Position numbers and translations under genes: made by a program. From NCBI RefSeq assembly GCF_005696695.1, contig NZ_CP040006.1, positions 1,620,001 to 1,652,000 on the forward strand: a DNA stretch of 32,000 bases. Reading direction: 5' to 3'. Positions 1 to 8,111 of this stretch are shown piece by piece. Within the stretch, counting starts at the first letter, position 1. Every line of letters begins with the position of its first letter. The DNA is from Schaalia odontolytica (GTDB lineage: Bacteria; Actinomycetota; Actinomycetes; Actinomycetales; Actinomycetaceae). The notes below the pieces were generated by a model that made no database searches, was not told where the DNA came from, and saw only the letters and a program-made list of their open reading frames with translations.

Positions 1-571
1 CGACGTTATGAGCGCGCAGGCCACCCGACACCAGGATGATGATGTCGTCTCCCCCGCGCTCGACGAGGCGGGCGAGGGCGTCCGGCTGCGCGACGGCCGG
101 ATCCCCACCCGTCGTCAGCACGCGGTCGTACCCGAGTTCCATGAGAACGTCGAGACCGCGATCCTGATCCACGACCTGGTCGAATCCACGGTGGAAGGTC
201 AGCGGTGCGTCCTCGGCTGTGTCCCGCAGGCGCGCGGCCGCGTTCACGTCGATCTGCCCGTCGCGAGTGATGACGCCAACGACGAAGCCGAGGCGCACGT
301 CCGATCCACGACCGATCGACGACAGGGTCACGATATCGGAGGCGATGCGGTCGACCTCTTCCCGCGTATGGACGAAGTCCCCGGGGCGCGGGCGCACGAG
401 CACCTGAACTCCCCCAGCGGGCGCCACCTCGAGGGCAGCGGCCACCTCGTCGAATGCGGGGGTCAGGCCGCCGCACGACAGGTCGGTGCAGATCTCAATG
501 CGATCCGCTCCCCCGTCGCGCGCACGGCGCACGCCCACGGCATCTTCCACGCAAATCTCTACAGTCGTCAC
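1..571 (-). CDS. cutC: CutC-family protein (copper homeostasis CutC homolog), 3' end truncated by window edge
   Basis: Absent from the ORF track because it starts with GTG (569-571) and runs off the edge. My minus-strand translation from 571 reads VTTVEICVEDAVGVRRARDGGADRIEICTDLSCGGLTPAFDEV...VQVLVRPRPGDFVHTREEV... This matches the CutC N-terminal pattern: E-V/I-C, GADRIELC, GGLTP, then RPRxGDFxY/H. The GTG overlaps the upstream stop (GTGA at 568-571). The + ORF 8..589 is its antisense. Confidence 0.8.
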   Translation of the reverse strand, partial: MTTVEICVEDAVGVRRARDGGADRIEICTDLSCGGLTPAFDEVAAALEVAPAGGVQVLVRPRPGDFVHTREEVDRIASDIVTLSSIGRGSDVRLGFVVGVITRDGQIDVNAAARLRDTAEDAPLTFHRGFDQVVDQDRGLDVLMELGYDRVLTTGGDPAVAQPDALARLVERGGDDIIILVSGGLRAHNV

Positions 572-1500
572 GGCTGCCACCTCTCGTAGCACGTCGAGCC
601 GCCCACGCGGGCAGCCAGGATCGCGGCACCCCAGCGGCCGCCCGCTCCCCCGAGGGAGGCGCGAACGATCTCGGGAGCGTCACGGAATGTCAGCATCGAA
701 GCGAATTCCTCGCGCAGCGGCGCCAGCAGGTTCTCGCCCGCGTGCGACAGGCCGCCGCCGATGATGATGCGCTCGACGTCGACGGTGAGCGTCATGTGGG
801 TGAGGGAGAGCGCGAGTGCGCGAACCGCGGTGTCCCACACCTCGGTCGCGACCGGGTCGGTACCGATGCCAGCCTCGACAGCCTTCGCACCGATATCCTC
901 GCCGGTCGCCTGCTCGTAGCGCCTCGCGATGCCCTTCGCCGAGGCGTAGACCTCCAGGCACCCGCGCGACCCGCAGCGGCAGGACTCACCACCGGGGAAG
1001 ACGGGCGCGTGCCCAACTTCGCCGGCGCTAAACGTCGCGCCACTCCACAGGTTGTCCCCAAGCATGAGAGCCACGGAGATGCCGGTACCGATGGGCATCA
1101 TGAGGAAGGAGGAAGCCCCTCGGCCCGCGCCGAGGAGTCCCTCAGCCAGGCCGGCGGCGCGCCCGTCGTGCATGAGTGCGGCGGGCACGCCCGTGGCGTC
1201 CTCAACCGCGCGGGCCAGCTGGACGCCGCGCAGCTCGAGGTTCGCCGCGTACACGACGGTCCCGCTCTCCTCATCGACGAGGCCGGGGCAGATCAGGCCG
1301 AAACCGACCAATCCCGGATAGTCACTCGCGAGTCGCGCGCCGATTCGTCCCACCTGAGTGGCCACGGCCTCGCGGTTGGTCGGCTCGTTTCCCTGAGTGA
1401 GGATCGCGCCCGCCTCATCGACGATCATCCACTTGATGGATGTGCCGCCGATGTCGATGCCCGCAAATACCGGGCCCTCAGAATCCTTGACGGCGCTCAT
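568..1500 (-). CDS. ROK-family sugar kinase (glucokinase / N-acetylhexosamine kinase-like)
   Basis: 310 aa. It has an N-terminal ATP-binding motif (FAGIDIGGTSIKW) and the ROK zinc motif (CRCGSRGCLEVYAS). No N-terminal HTH, so kinase rather than regulator. Its ATG overlaps the upstream stop (ATGA at 1497-1500). Confidence 0.85.
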   Translation of the reverse strand: MSAVKDSEGPVFAGIDIGGTSIKWMIVDEAGAILTQGNEPTNREAVATQVGRIGARLASDYPGLVGFGLICPGLVDEESGTVVYAANLELRGVQLARAVEDATGVPAALMHDGRAAGLAEGLLGAGRGASSFLMMPIGTGISVALMLGDNLWSGATFSAGEVGHAPVFPGGESCRCGSRGCLEVYASAKGIARRYEQATGEDIGAKAVEAGIGTDPVATEVWDTAVRALALSLTHMTLTVDVERIIIGGGLSHAGENLLAPLREEFASMLTFRDAPEIVRASLGGAGGRWGAAILAARVGGSTCYERWQP

Positions 1501-2954
1501 GGTACGACGACCTGAGCATGCAGATCGGGATCTGCCATATCGGGATCGAAGGGGAACATCGGGCGCTCAATCTTGTGGTGACCGAGGCGGATGAGGTCCT
1601 GATCGACGCCACCGGGGGTCAGCGCCATGAGCCAGCCCTTCTGGGTCTCGTACAGGTCGGGCTCCAGGTAACCGATCTTGACAACGATGACGTCGGCGGT
1701 GGTGATATCCACGCCGAGCAGCTCGAACTGGCTGTACATCGTGTACTGGTTGCGGTTCGTCGTGATGATGAAGCGCAGGCCGCCCGTGCGCAGCAGCGCG
1801 GTGTGGCCACCCATCGGGTCGTCAGCGAGGGCCTCGACCGTGGCGTGGACGTTCAGTGTTCCGGGCTCGCGGGTATCGATGTGTCCGCCGACCTCGAGGT
1901 CGACCTCGGCGCCGACGCCAGCCTCCCACGCAACGGCGGCCGCGGCGGGATCGATGATCGAGGCGTAGATGACGTCGAGCGTGGCCTCCTGGACGGGCTT
2001 CCATGCGAGCAGGGCCGCGAGCGCGACCGTCACGTCGTCGGCACCGCCGGCGCCCGGGTTGTCGCCGGAGTCGGAGATGAAGAAGGGCTTGGGGCCCTCC
2101 TCGGCGGCTGCCAGGCACTCTTCCATGGAGGCAACGGGGGCGACGAACTCGAAGCGGTCGTGCACGTCCCAGAAGTACTGGCCGATGCGCTCGGCCTGCT
2201 CCTTGACGAGCTCCGCGTCGTCGCCCGTGACGACGACCGCGCCCTTGCAGCGCGGCTGGTCGGCCCACGCGAAGCCGATCCAGATCGCGGCGTCCAGGAT
2301 GCCGTCCATCGCTTCGATGGGGTCGATCATCTTGTACAGGGACTTGGCGGGTTCGATGCGGGTCGAGGTCTTCTCACCCGGCAGCAGGACGGGGACGTGG
2401 ACCAGGGCCTTGACGGGCTTGGGCTGGCCGTTGAGGAGGCGCATGCCCAGGTTGTAGGCGGCGCGACGGCGCGACTCGAGGGCGTCCTCGTGGGGTGCGA
2501 GGCGGTAGCAGGTGAGGATGTCGCAGCCGTCGAAGAGGTCCTGGGAGACGTTTCCGTGCAGGTCCATCGAGGCGCTGACCATGGGCTCGGGGCCGATGAC
2601 GCCGCGGATGGCGTTGATGAGGTCGCCCTCGGCATCGTCCATGCCCTGGACGCTCATGGCGCCGTGGATGTCGAAGAAGAGGCCGTCGAGCGGGCCGGCA
2701 GCGGCGAGGCCCTCGAGGATCTCAGCCTTCCAGGCGTCGTAGGCGCTGCGCTCGACGACGCCGCCGGGCAGGGCGCGCGAGTGCAGGACGGGGATCCACT
2801 CGATCTGGGTGGCCCAGTCCTCGTCGCGCCAGTAGAAGCGGTCCATCAGCTCCTCGCCGCGGGTGACGATGAAGTCGTCGGCGGTCGAGATGTAGGGGGT
2901 GAACGTCGAGGATTCGATGTGGATGCCGGCAACCGCGATGCGGGGCTTGGTCAT
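1497..2954 (-). CDS. M81-family metallopeptidase (MlrC-like, DUF1485 + MlrC_C)
   Basis: 485 aa. The N-terminus (RIAVAGIHIESSTFTP) is the typical MlrC/M81 start (family pattern GG..HETNTF). Length and C-terminal region fit the family. ATGA overlap with the upstream regulator at 2951-2954. Confidence 0.78.
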   Translation of the reverse strand: MTKPRIAVAGIHIESSTFTPYISTADDFIVTRGEELMDRFYWRDEDWATQIEWIPVLHSRALPGGVVERSAYDAWKAEILEGLAAAGPLDGLFFDIHGAMSVQGMDDAEGDLINAIRGVIGPEPMVSASMDLHGNVSQDLFDGCDILTCYRLAPHEDALESRRRAAYNLGMRLLNGQPKPVKALVHVPVLLPGEKTSTRIEPAKSLYKMIDPIEAMDGILDAAIWIGFAWADQPRCKGAVVVTGDDAELVKEQAERIGQYFWDVHDRFEFVAPVASMEECLAAAEEGPKPFFISDSGDNPGAGGADDVTVALAALLAWKPVQEATLDVIYASIIDPAAAAVAWEAGVGAEVDLEVGGHIDTREPGTLNVHATVEALADDPMGGHTALLRTGGLRFIITTNRNQYTMYSQFELLGVDITTADVIVVKIGYLEPDLYETQKGWLMALTPGGVDQDLIRLGHHKIERPMFPFDPDMADPDLHAQVVVP

Positions 2955-4099
2955 GAGCGATTCTCCTTTGAGATCTTCGAGGGGGTGAGTGTCGAGAGCC
3001 CCCAGAGCGCCGCTTCGCGCCCTGATCGAGACGATTCGATCACGAGGTGTTCCATGATCGAGGGGAGGCAGGATTGGTGGAGCGCAGCGCGCACTCCGGC
3101 GGTGAAAGCGTCGACGGCGGAGAGTGCTCCACCGACGATGACTCCCTGGGGTGCCAGGAAGGACACGAGGTGGGCGACGCAGTGGCCCAGGAGGGTGCCC
3201 GCCTGGCGGATGGCCGTCGCAACTTCGGGGATGCCGTCGCGTGCTGCGGCCAGAAGCTGTGCGTTGTTCTCATAGACGAGGCCTGCTGCGGCCAGGTCTG
3301 CTCGGATCGAGTCGGCGGACGCGATCGTTTCGAGGCATCCGACGTTGCCGCACTTGCAGGGGCGGCCCGCGGCGGCCTCGACGGGGATGTGCGAGATATC
3401 CCCGGCCAGTCCGCCCTGACCCACCTGCGGCACGCCATCGACGAGGTAGGCGCCACCGATGGCGGAGCCAGCCTTGACATAGATAAGCGTGTCGATGGGG
3501 GCCACGCCCTGAAGACGACGCCGGTAGACGGATTCGCCGATGGCTCCCGCGCGCGCGTCGTTTTCGATGAGGGCGGGCAGCCCGCACTGCTCGGTGACGG
3601 CCTCGGCGACGTTGATGCCGTCCCACCCGGGCATGCGGGCGGGGCGGATCACGCGAGAGCGCTCCGCGTCCACGGGACCAGGGACCGCCAGGGTGATACC
3701 ACCGACCCGCACGCCGGCAGCTTCTTCCTGGCGGGATACCTCATCCATGACCGCGTCGAGTACCGCCTGGGGACCTTCCGCGATGTCGATAAGGAGGCTC
3801 GAGGCCTGCCCGACTCCGCGGGTGGGGTCCGTCAGGGCGACGAGGCCGTGGTGGGCTCCCAGCTCGACGAGGGCGAGTGCTCCGGCGCCGTCGGAGGTGA
3901 CGAGGCGGCGCGCACGCCGCCCGCCCGTGGAAACAGAGTGTTCCGCTTCCGCGATGACCCCGGCTTCGACGAGGCGAGACACAGCGGCCGACACCGTTGA
4001 TGGTGCAAGGCCCGTTTGCTTGACAATCGCGGGCCTGGTGTCTGCTTGACCGGACCCAATCAGCGTCAGGACGGTCTCGTCGACATCATGCGTGGCCAT
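2951..4099 (-). CDS. ROK-family transcriptional regulator (N-terminal wHTH + ROK sugar-sensing domain)
   Basis: 382 aa. The N-terminus has an MarR-like wHTH (RPAIVKQTGLAPSTVSAAVSRLVEAGVI). The ROK zinc motif CKCGNVGCLETIAS lies near the C-terminus. It is the first gene of the operon and divergent from the ABC importer. Confidence 0.85.
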   Translation of the reverse strand: MATHDVDETVLTLIGSGQADTRPAIVKQTGLAPSTVSAAVSRLVEAGVIAEAEHSVSTGGRRARRLVTSDGAGALALVELGAHHGLVALTDPTRGVGQASSLLIDIAEGPQAVLDAVMDEVSRQEEAAGVRVGGITLAVPGPVDAERSRVIRPARMPGWDGINVAEAVTEQCGLPALIENDARAGAIGESVYRRRLQGVAPIDTLIYVKAGSAIGGAYLVDGVPQVGQGGLAGDISHIPVEAAAGRPCKCGNVGCLETIASADSIRADLAAAGLVYENNAQLLAAARDGIPEVATAIRQAGTLLGHCVAHLVSFLAPQGVIVGGALSAVDAFTAGVRAALHQSCLPSIMEHLVIESSRSGREAALWGLSTLTPSKISKENRS

Positions 4100-4348
4100 G
4101 ACACCTCCTCTAAGTACGTATGCAGTAACTACAACGTTACACTGCGCTCATCGTTGAGAACATGATTCATTATGCCCCACCGAAGAAAGTCTGACACTTC
4201 TTTCGCCGAAATATCTTGTTATTTTTTCGTAACATTCCACATTTTGGCCAAAGTGGCAACATTCGCCGACAAACTGTCATATGATGAACGTCATCTGACA
4301 GGGTTGTCATCCGTCAGTGTCCCCGATCAACGTTGATTTGGAGCAGTC
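4100..4348. promoter_or_regulatory. Divergent promoter/operator region between the ROK-regulator operon and the Dpp-type ABC operon
   Basis: This is the only clearly AT-rich stretch of the left part of the window. It contains short palindromes and repeats:
- TCATATGA (4277-4284);
- CTGTCA (4274-4279) against TGACAG (4296-4301);
- GTCAT three times (4276, 4290, 4306);
- TTGGCCAA (4244-4251);
- imperfect IR CGAAGAAAGT/ACTTCTTTCG (4181-4205).
A GGAG RBS sits at 4339-4342. No operator can be assigned with certainty. Confidence 0.45.
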
Positions 4349-6166
4349 ATGAACCTTAGAAAGAAGCGGTGGATGGTCACCGGCGCGGCCCTCGCAATGG
4401 TCGCCTCCCTGGGCCTGTCCGCCTGTGGTGGCGGCAGCAGCAGCAGTAGCGGCGGTGGCCAGGCAGCCAACTCGGAAACCGGAAAGAACGAGGTCACGAT
4501 GGCCTCGCGTACCCCCAACTGGATCTTCCCGGTCTCCGCAAAGGGCTACACGCAGGGCGAGAACGGCCAGTTCATCCAGGCGATGTACCGCCCGCTCTTC
4601 GCCTACAAGTCCACCTCTGAAACCCCCTACAAGATCAACCTCCCCAAGTCCCTGGGCACCGTTCCCGAGGTCTCTGAGGACGGCCTGACCTACACCATCA
4701 AGCTGCGCGACGACGCCAAGTGGTCCGACGGCACGCCCGTCACCACCCGCGACGTTGAGTTCTGGTGGAACCTCGTCACCAACAACAAGGACGAATGGGC
4801 CTCGTACAAGAAGGGCTTCTTCCCCGACGGTGCCGATCTGAAGATCATCGACGAGCACACGTTCTCGATCACCACCGAGACCAAGTTCGCCCCGGCCTGG
4901 TTCATTGACAACCAGATCAACAAGGTCGCTCTGCTCCCCCAGCACGCCTGGGACAAGACCAGCGCCGACGAGGCCGTCTCCGACCTCGACCGCACCCCCG
5001 AGGGCGCCCAGAAGGTCTTCGCCTACCTGCAGGGCGAGGCCAAGAACCTGTCCTCCTACGCCACCAACCCGCTGTGGCAGACGGTGAACGGCCCCTGGAA
5101 GCTCAAGGAATTCACCCCCGACCAGGGCCTGACACTCGTCCCCAACGAGAACTACTGGGGCGAGGACAAGCCCAAGATCGACGCGCTGATCTACAAGGCC
5201 TTCACGGGTGACGACGCCGAGTTCAACTCCGTGCGTTCTGGCGCCATCGACTTCGGCTACATCCCGGCCGCGCAGTACAACCAGCGCAAGGCCGTCGAGG
5301 ACAAGGGCTACAACGTCTTCCTGTGGCCCGGCAACTCCATCACCTACCTGGCCCTGAACTTCGCACCCCAGGCCCCCGGCTCGAAGTTCATCAACCAGAA
5401 GTACATCCGCCAGGCGATGCAGCAGCTGATCGACCAGCCGACCCTGTCTGAGAAGATCTGGTCCGGCACCGCCTCCCCGACCTGTGGCCCCGTCCCGATG
5501 CCCGCCGAGAAGACCGGCACCACCGAGGGCTGCGTCTACAAGTTCGATCCGGAAGCCGCCAAGAAGCTCCTCGAGGACCACGGCTGGAAGGTCGTGCCCG
5601 ACGGTGAAACCACCTGCGAGAACCCCGGCACCGGCGCCAACCAGTGTGGCGAGGGCATCGCGGCCGGCGACAAGCTGAGCTTCAAGCTCGTCTCCCAGTC
5701 GGGCTTCGTCTCCACGCACCAGATGTTCGAGGAGATCATCTCCCAGTTCGGCAAGCTCGGCATCAAGATCGACATGAACGAGGTCCCCGACTCGGTCGGT
5801 GCCTCGCAGGCATGTGACGACGAGACCCCCTGCACCTGGGACATGTCCTTCTTCGGATCCCAGACCTCGTGGGGCTTCCCGATCTACGCCTCCGGCGAGC
5901 GCCTCTTCGCCTCTGACGCTCCCGTCAACCTCGGCCAGTACAAGAACCCCGAGGCTGACAAGCTCATCGAAGAGTCGACCCGCTCCTCCGAGCCCAACGC
6001 TCTCCAGGCATACAACGACTACCTCGCGGAGGACCTCCCCGTTCTGTGGATGCCCAACCCGTACTACCAGATCACCGCAGTGAAGAAGACGCTCGACCTG
6101 GGCGAACTCGACGCCACCGGCGACACCTGGCCCGAGGATTGGTCGTGGTCGACCGAAGGTAAGTAA
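4349..6166 (+). CDS. ABC transporter substrate-binding lipoprotein, family 5 (DppA/OppA-like)
   Basis: 605 aa. It has a lipoprotein signal with lipobox LSAC followed by a Gly/Ser-rich tether (GGGSSSSSGGG). The body is typical SBP_bac_5, and it precedes two permeases and the ATPase. Confidence 0.9.
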   Translation: MNLRKKRWMVTGAALAMVASLGLSACGGGSSSSSGGGQAANSETGKNEVTMASRTPNWIFPVSAKGYTQGENGQFIQAMYRPLFAYKSTSETPYKINLPKSLGTVPEVSEDGLTYTIKLRDDAKWSDGTPVTTRDVEFWWNLVTNNKDEWASYKKGFFPDGADLKIIDEHTFSITTETKFAPAWFIDNQINKVALLPQHAWDKTSADEAVSDLDRTPEGAQKVFAYLQGEAKNLSSYATNPLWQTVNGPWKLKEFTPDQGLTLVPNENYWGEDKPKIDALIYKAFTGDDAEFNSVRSGAIDFGYIPAAQYNQRKAVEDKGYNVFLWPGNSITYLALNFAPQAPGSKFINQKYIRQAMQQLIDQPTLSEKIWSGTASPTCGPVPMPAEKTGTTEGCVYKFDPEAAKKLLEDHGWKVVPDGETTCENPGTGANQCGEGIAAGDKLSFKLVSQSGFVSTHQMFEEIISQFGKLGIKIDMNEVPDSVGASQACDDETPCTWDMSFFGSQTSWGFPIYASGERLFASDAPVNLGQYKNPEADKLIEESTRSSEPNALQAYNDYLAEDLPVLWMPNPYYQITAVKKTLDLGELDATGDTWPEDWSWSTEGK

Positions 6167-6187
6167 ACCTTCGCCTTGACGCCTCAC

Positions 6188-6227
6188 GGGGCAGGCGCCC
6201 GCACCCGCACATGCGGGCGCCTGCCCC
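6188..6227 (+). terminator. Intra-operon GC-rich stem-loop after the SBP gene (partial terminator / mRNA stabiliser)
   Basis: A perfect 15-bp inverted repeat: GGGGCAGGCGCCCGC (6188-6202) and GCGGGCGCCTGCCCC (6213-6227), with a 10-nt loop. Only a CTT follows, so there is no strong U-tract. It lies between the SBP stop (6166) and the permease start (6246). Confidence 0.6.
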
Positions 6228-6245
6228 CTTACTGTGGAGTTCGCA

Positions 6246-7205
6246 ATGATCCAATTCATCCTCAAACGCCTCGGCCAGGCAGTCGTCGTTGTCTTCCTGG
6301 TCACCATCATCACCTTCATCCTCCTCCAGTCTCAGCCGGGCGGCGCAGCCCGAGCGGCACTCGGTAAGGATGCGACCCAAGAACAGCTCGCGGCCTTCGA
6401 CCACGAAAACGGCTACGACAAGCCCATCCTCGAGCAATACAAAATCTACGTCACCAAAATTGCGCACGGCGACTTCGGCTACTCCTACCAGCACAACCAG
6501 TCTGTGAACGACCTGCTGGCCGCCCGCCTGCCGCGCACCATCTTCCTGTCCCTCCTGTCCACCATCCTGGCTCTCATCGTCGCGATCCCCCTGGGCGTGT
6601 GGCAGGCCGTCAAGAGAAATAAAGCACCCGATTACATCGTGACGATCGCGTGTCTGCTGGCCTACTCGACGCCGATCTTCTTTGCGGGCCTGCTCCTCAT
6701 CGTCCTCTTCTCCCAGGTGTGGCCGATCCTGCCCAACGATGCTCCGCAGGGCGAGGCCCTGTCGGTCATGTGGGAACAGTGGGATCACCTGGTTCTGCCT
6801 GTGTGTGCCCTGTCGATCGGCACGATCGCCGCCTACGCGCGCTACGTGCGCTCCTCGATGGTGGATAACCTCAACGAGCAGTACGTGCGTACCGCTCGCG
6901 CGAAGGGCCTGTCGGAGTTCCGCGTCGTCTTCGTTCACACGCTGCGCAACGCCATGTTCCCCGTCATCACGATGATCGGCCTGTACATCCCCGCGATGTT
7001 CTGTGGCGCCCTGGTTATCGAGACGCTCTTCAACTTCAACGGCATGGGCTACCTGTACTACCAGGCGACCGGCAGGCGCGACTACCCGATTCTCCTCGGC
7101 GTCGCCCTGATCGTCTCCTTCGCGACCGTCATCGGCGCACTCCTGGCAGACTTCCTCTACGCCCTCGCTGATCCCCGTATCCGACTGGCAGGACGTGCCA
7201 AATGA
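6246..7205 (+). CDS. ABC transporter permease (DppB/OppB-like)
   Basis: The ORF-track frame is 6234..7205. I prefer ATG 6246 (MIQFILKRLGQAVVVVF, the canonical DppB N-terminus), preceded by GGAG at 6236-6239. GTG 6234 is the alternative. It is a multi-TM protein with the family C-terminus ADPRIR. Confidence 0.9.
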   Translation: MIQFILKRLGQAVVVVFLVTIITFILLQSQPGGAARAALGKDATQEQLAAFDHENGYDKPILEQYKIYVTKIAHGDFGYSYQHNQSVNDLLAARLPRTIFLSLLSTILALIVAIPLGVWQAVKRNKAPDYIVTIACLLAYSTPIFFAGLLLIVLFSQVWPILPNDAPQGEALSVMWEQWDHLVLPVCALSIGTIAAYARYVRSSMVDNLNEQYVRTARAKGLSEFRVVFVHTLRNAMFPVITMIGLYIPAMFCGALVIETLFNFNGMGYLYYQATGRRDYPILLGVALIVSFATVIGALLADFLYALADPRIRLAGRAK

Positions 7206-8101
7206 CCACCGCAACCGCACCCATCGCCGCGCCGGCCAAGGCGCGCACCGCCCGCAAGTCGACGAAGCTGCAGGGCCTGCAGGTCTTCATGGAGAACAAG
7301 CTCGCCGTCTTCGGCGTGTGCCTCATCCTCATCCTGATGGCCTTCTCGTTCATCGGCCCGATGTTCTACGTGACCGACCAGATCCACACGGACCTGTCGA
7401 ACTCGGCCCTGCCTCCCTCAGCCGAGCACCCGCTTGGCACCGACATGGTCGGTTACGACCAGCTCGGACGCCTCATGAAGGGCGGACAGACCTCGATCAT
7501 CGTCGGCCTGTTCGCCGGCATCTTCGCCACTACGATCGGCACGTTGTACGGCGCGATCGCCGGCTTCGTGGGCGGTTGGATCGACGCGATCATGATGCGC
7601 CTCGTTGACGCGCTCATGTCCGTGCCCGTCCTGTTCCTCTTCATGCTGATCGCCACGATGATTCCGCCGACCGTCCCGGTCCTCATCATCATCATGTCGG
7701 CCCTGTCCTGGCTGGGAACGTCCCGATTGATTCGAGGCGAGGCCCTGTCCCTGCGCACGCGCGAGTACGTCGTCGCGATGCGTGGCATGGGCGGCTCGAT
7801 GCCCCGAGCGATCCGGACGCACATCGTCCGTAACACGATCGGCACCGTCATCGTCAACGCGACCTTCCAGGTCGCAGACGCCGTCCTCTACGTCGCCTAC
7901 CTGTCGTTCCTCGGCCTGGGCGCGCAGCCTCCCGCCACCGACTGGGGAGCCATGCTCTCCAACAGCCAGTCGCACGTCTACTCGGGCAACTGGTGGCTGC
8001 TCTACCCGCCGGGCGTCCTCATCATCCTCCTGGTCCTGTCGTTCAACTTCATTGGCGACGGCCTGCGTGACGCCTTCGAAGTTCGACTGCGCAAGAGGTG
8101 A
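7202..8101 (+). CDS. ABC transporter permease (DppC/OppC-like)
   Basis: 299 aa with an ATGA overlap with the previous permease. It has the EAA-like region (SRLIRGEALSLRTREYVVAMRGMG) and the family C-terminus GDGLRDAFE. Confidence 0.9.
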   Translation: MTTATAPIAAPAKARTARKSTKLQGLQVFMENKLAVFGVCLILILMAFSFIGPMFYVTDQIHTDLSNSALPPSAEHPLGTDMVGYDQLGRLMKGGQTSIIVGLFAGIFATTIGTLYGAIAGFVGGWIDAIMMRLVDALMSVPVLFLFMLIATMIPPTVPVLIIIMSALSWLGTSRLIRGEALSLRTREYVVAMRGMGGSMPRAIRTHIVRNTIGTVIVNATFQVADAVLYVAYLSFLGLGAQPPATDWGAMLSNSQSHVYSGNWWLLYPPGVLIILLVLSFNFIGDGLRDAFEVRLRKR

Positions 8102-8111
8102 GCACTGAACT

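Noticed and set aside
8-589. Plus-strand ORF of 193 aa, and minus-strand ORF 6..476 at the left edge
   Set aside because: The third minus-strand frame, which has a GTG start and is open to the edge and so is missing from the track, gives a clean CutC-family sequence. That sequence is translationally coupled to the upstream ROK kinase. The listed ORFs are out-of-frame or antisense artefacts.
1518-3275. Long plus-strand ORF (585 aa). Similar long antisense ORFs:
- 4307..6319(-)
- 6072..7220(-)
- 8049..10166(-)
- 11389..12906(+)
- 13128..15683(+)
- 15787..17214(+)
- 19627..21357(-)
- 21759..25016(+)
- 25991..28627(+)
- 28691..30169(+)
- 30109..30954(+)
   Set aside because: Each lies exactly antisense to a gene with clear family signatures. 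Their translations are low-complexity and rich in Arg/Gly/Asp/Val/His with no recognisable motifs. Stop-codon-poor antisense frames are expected at this GC content.
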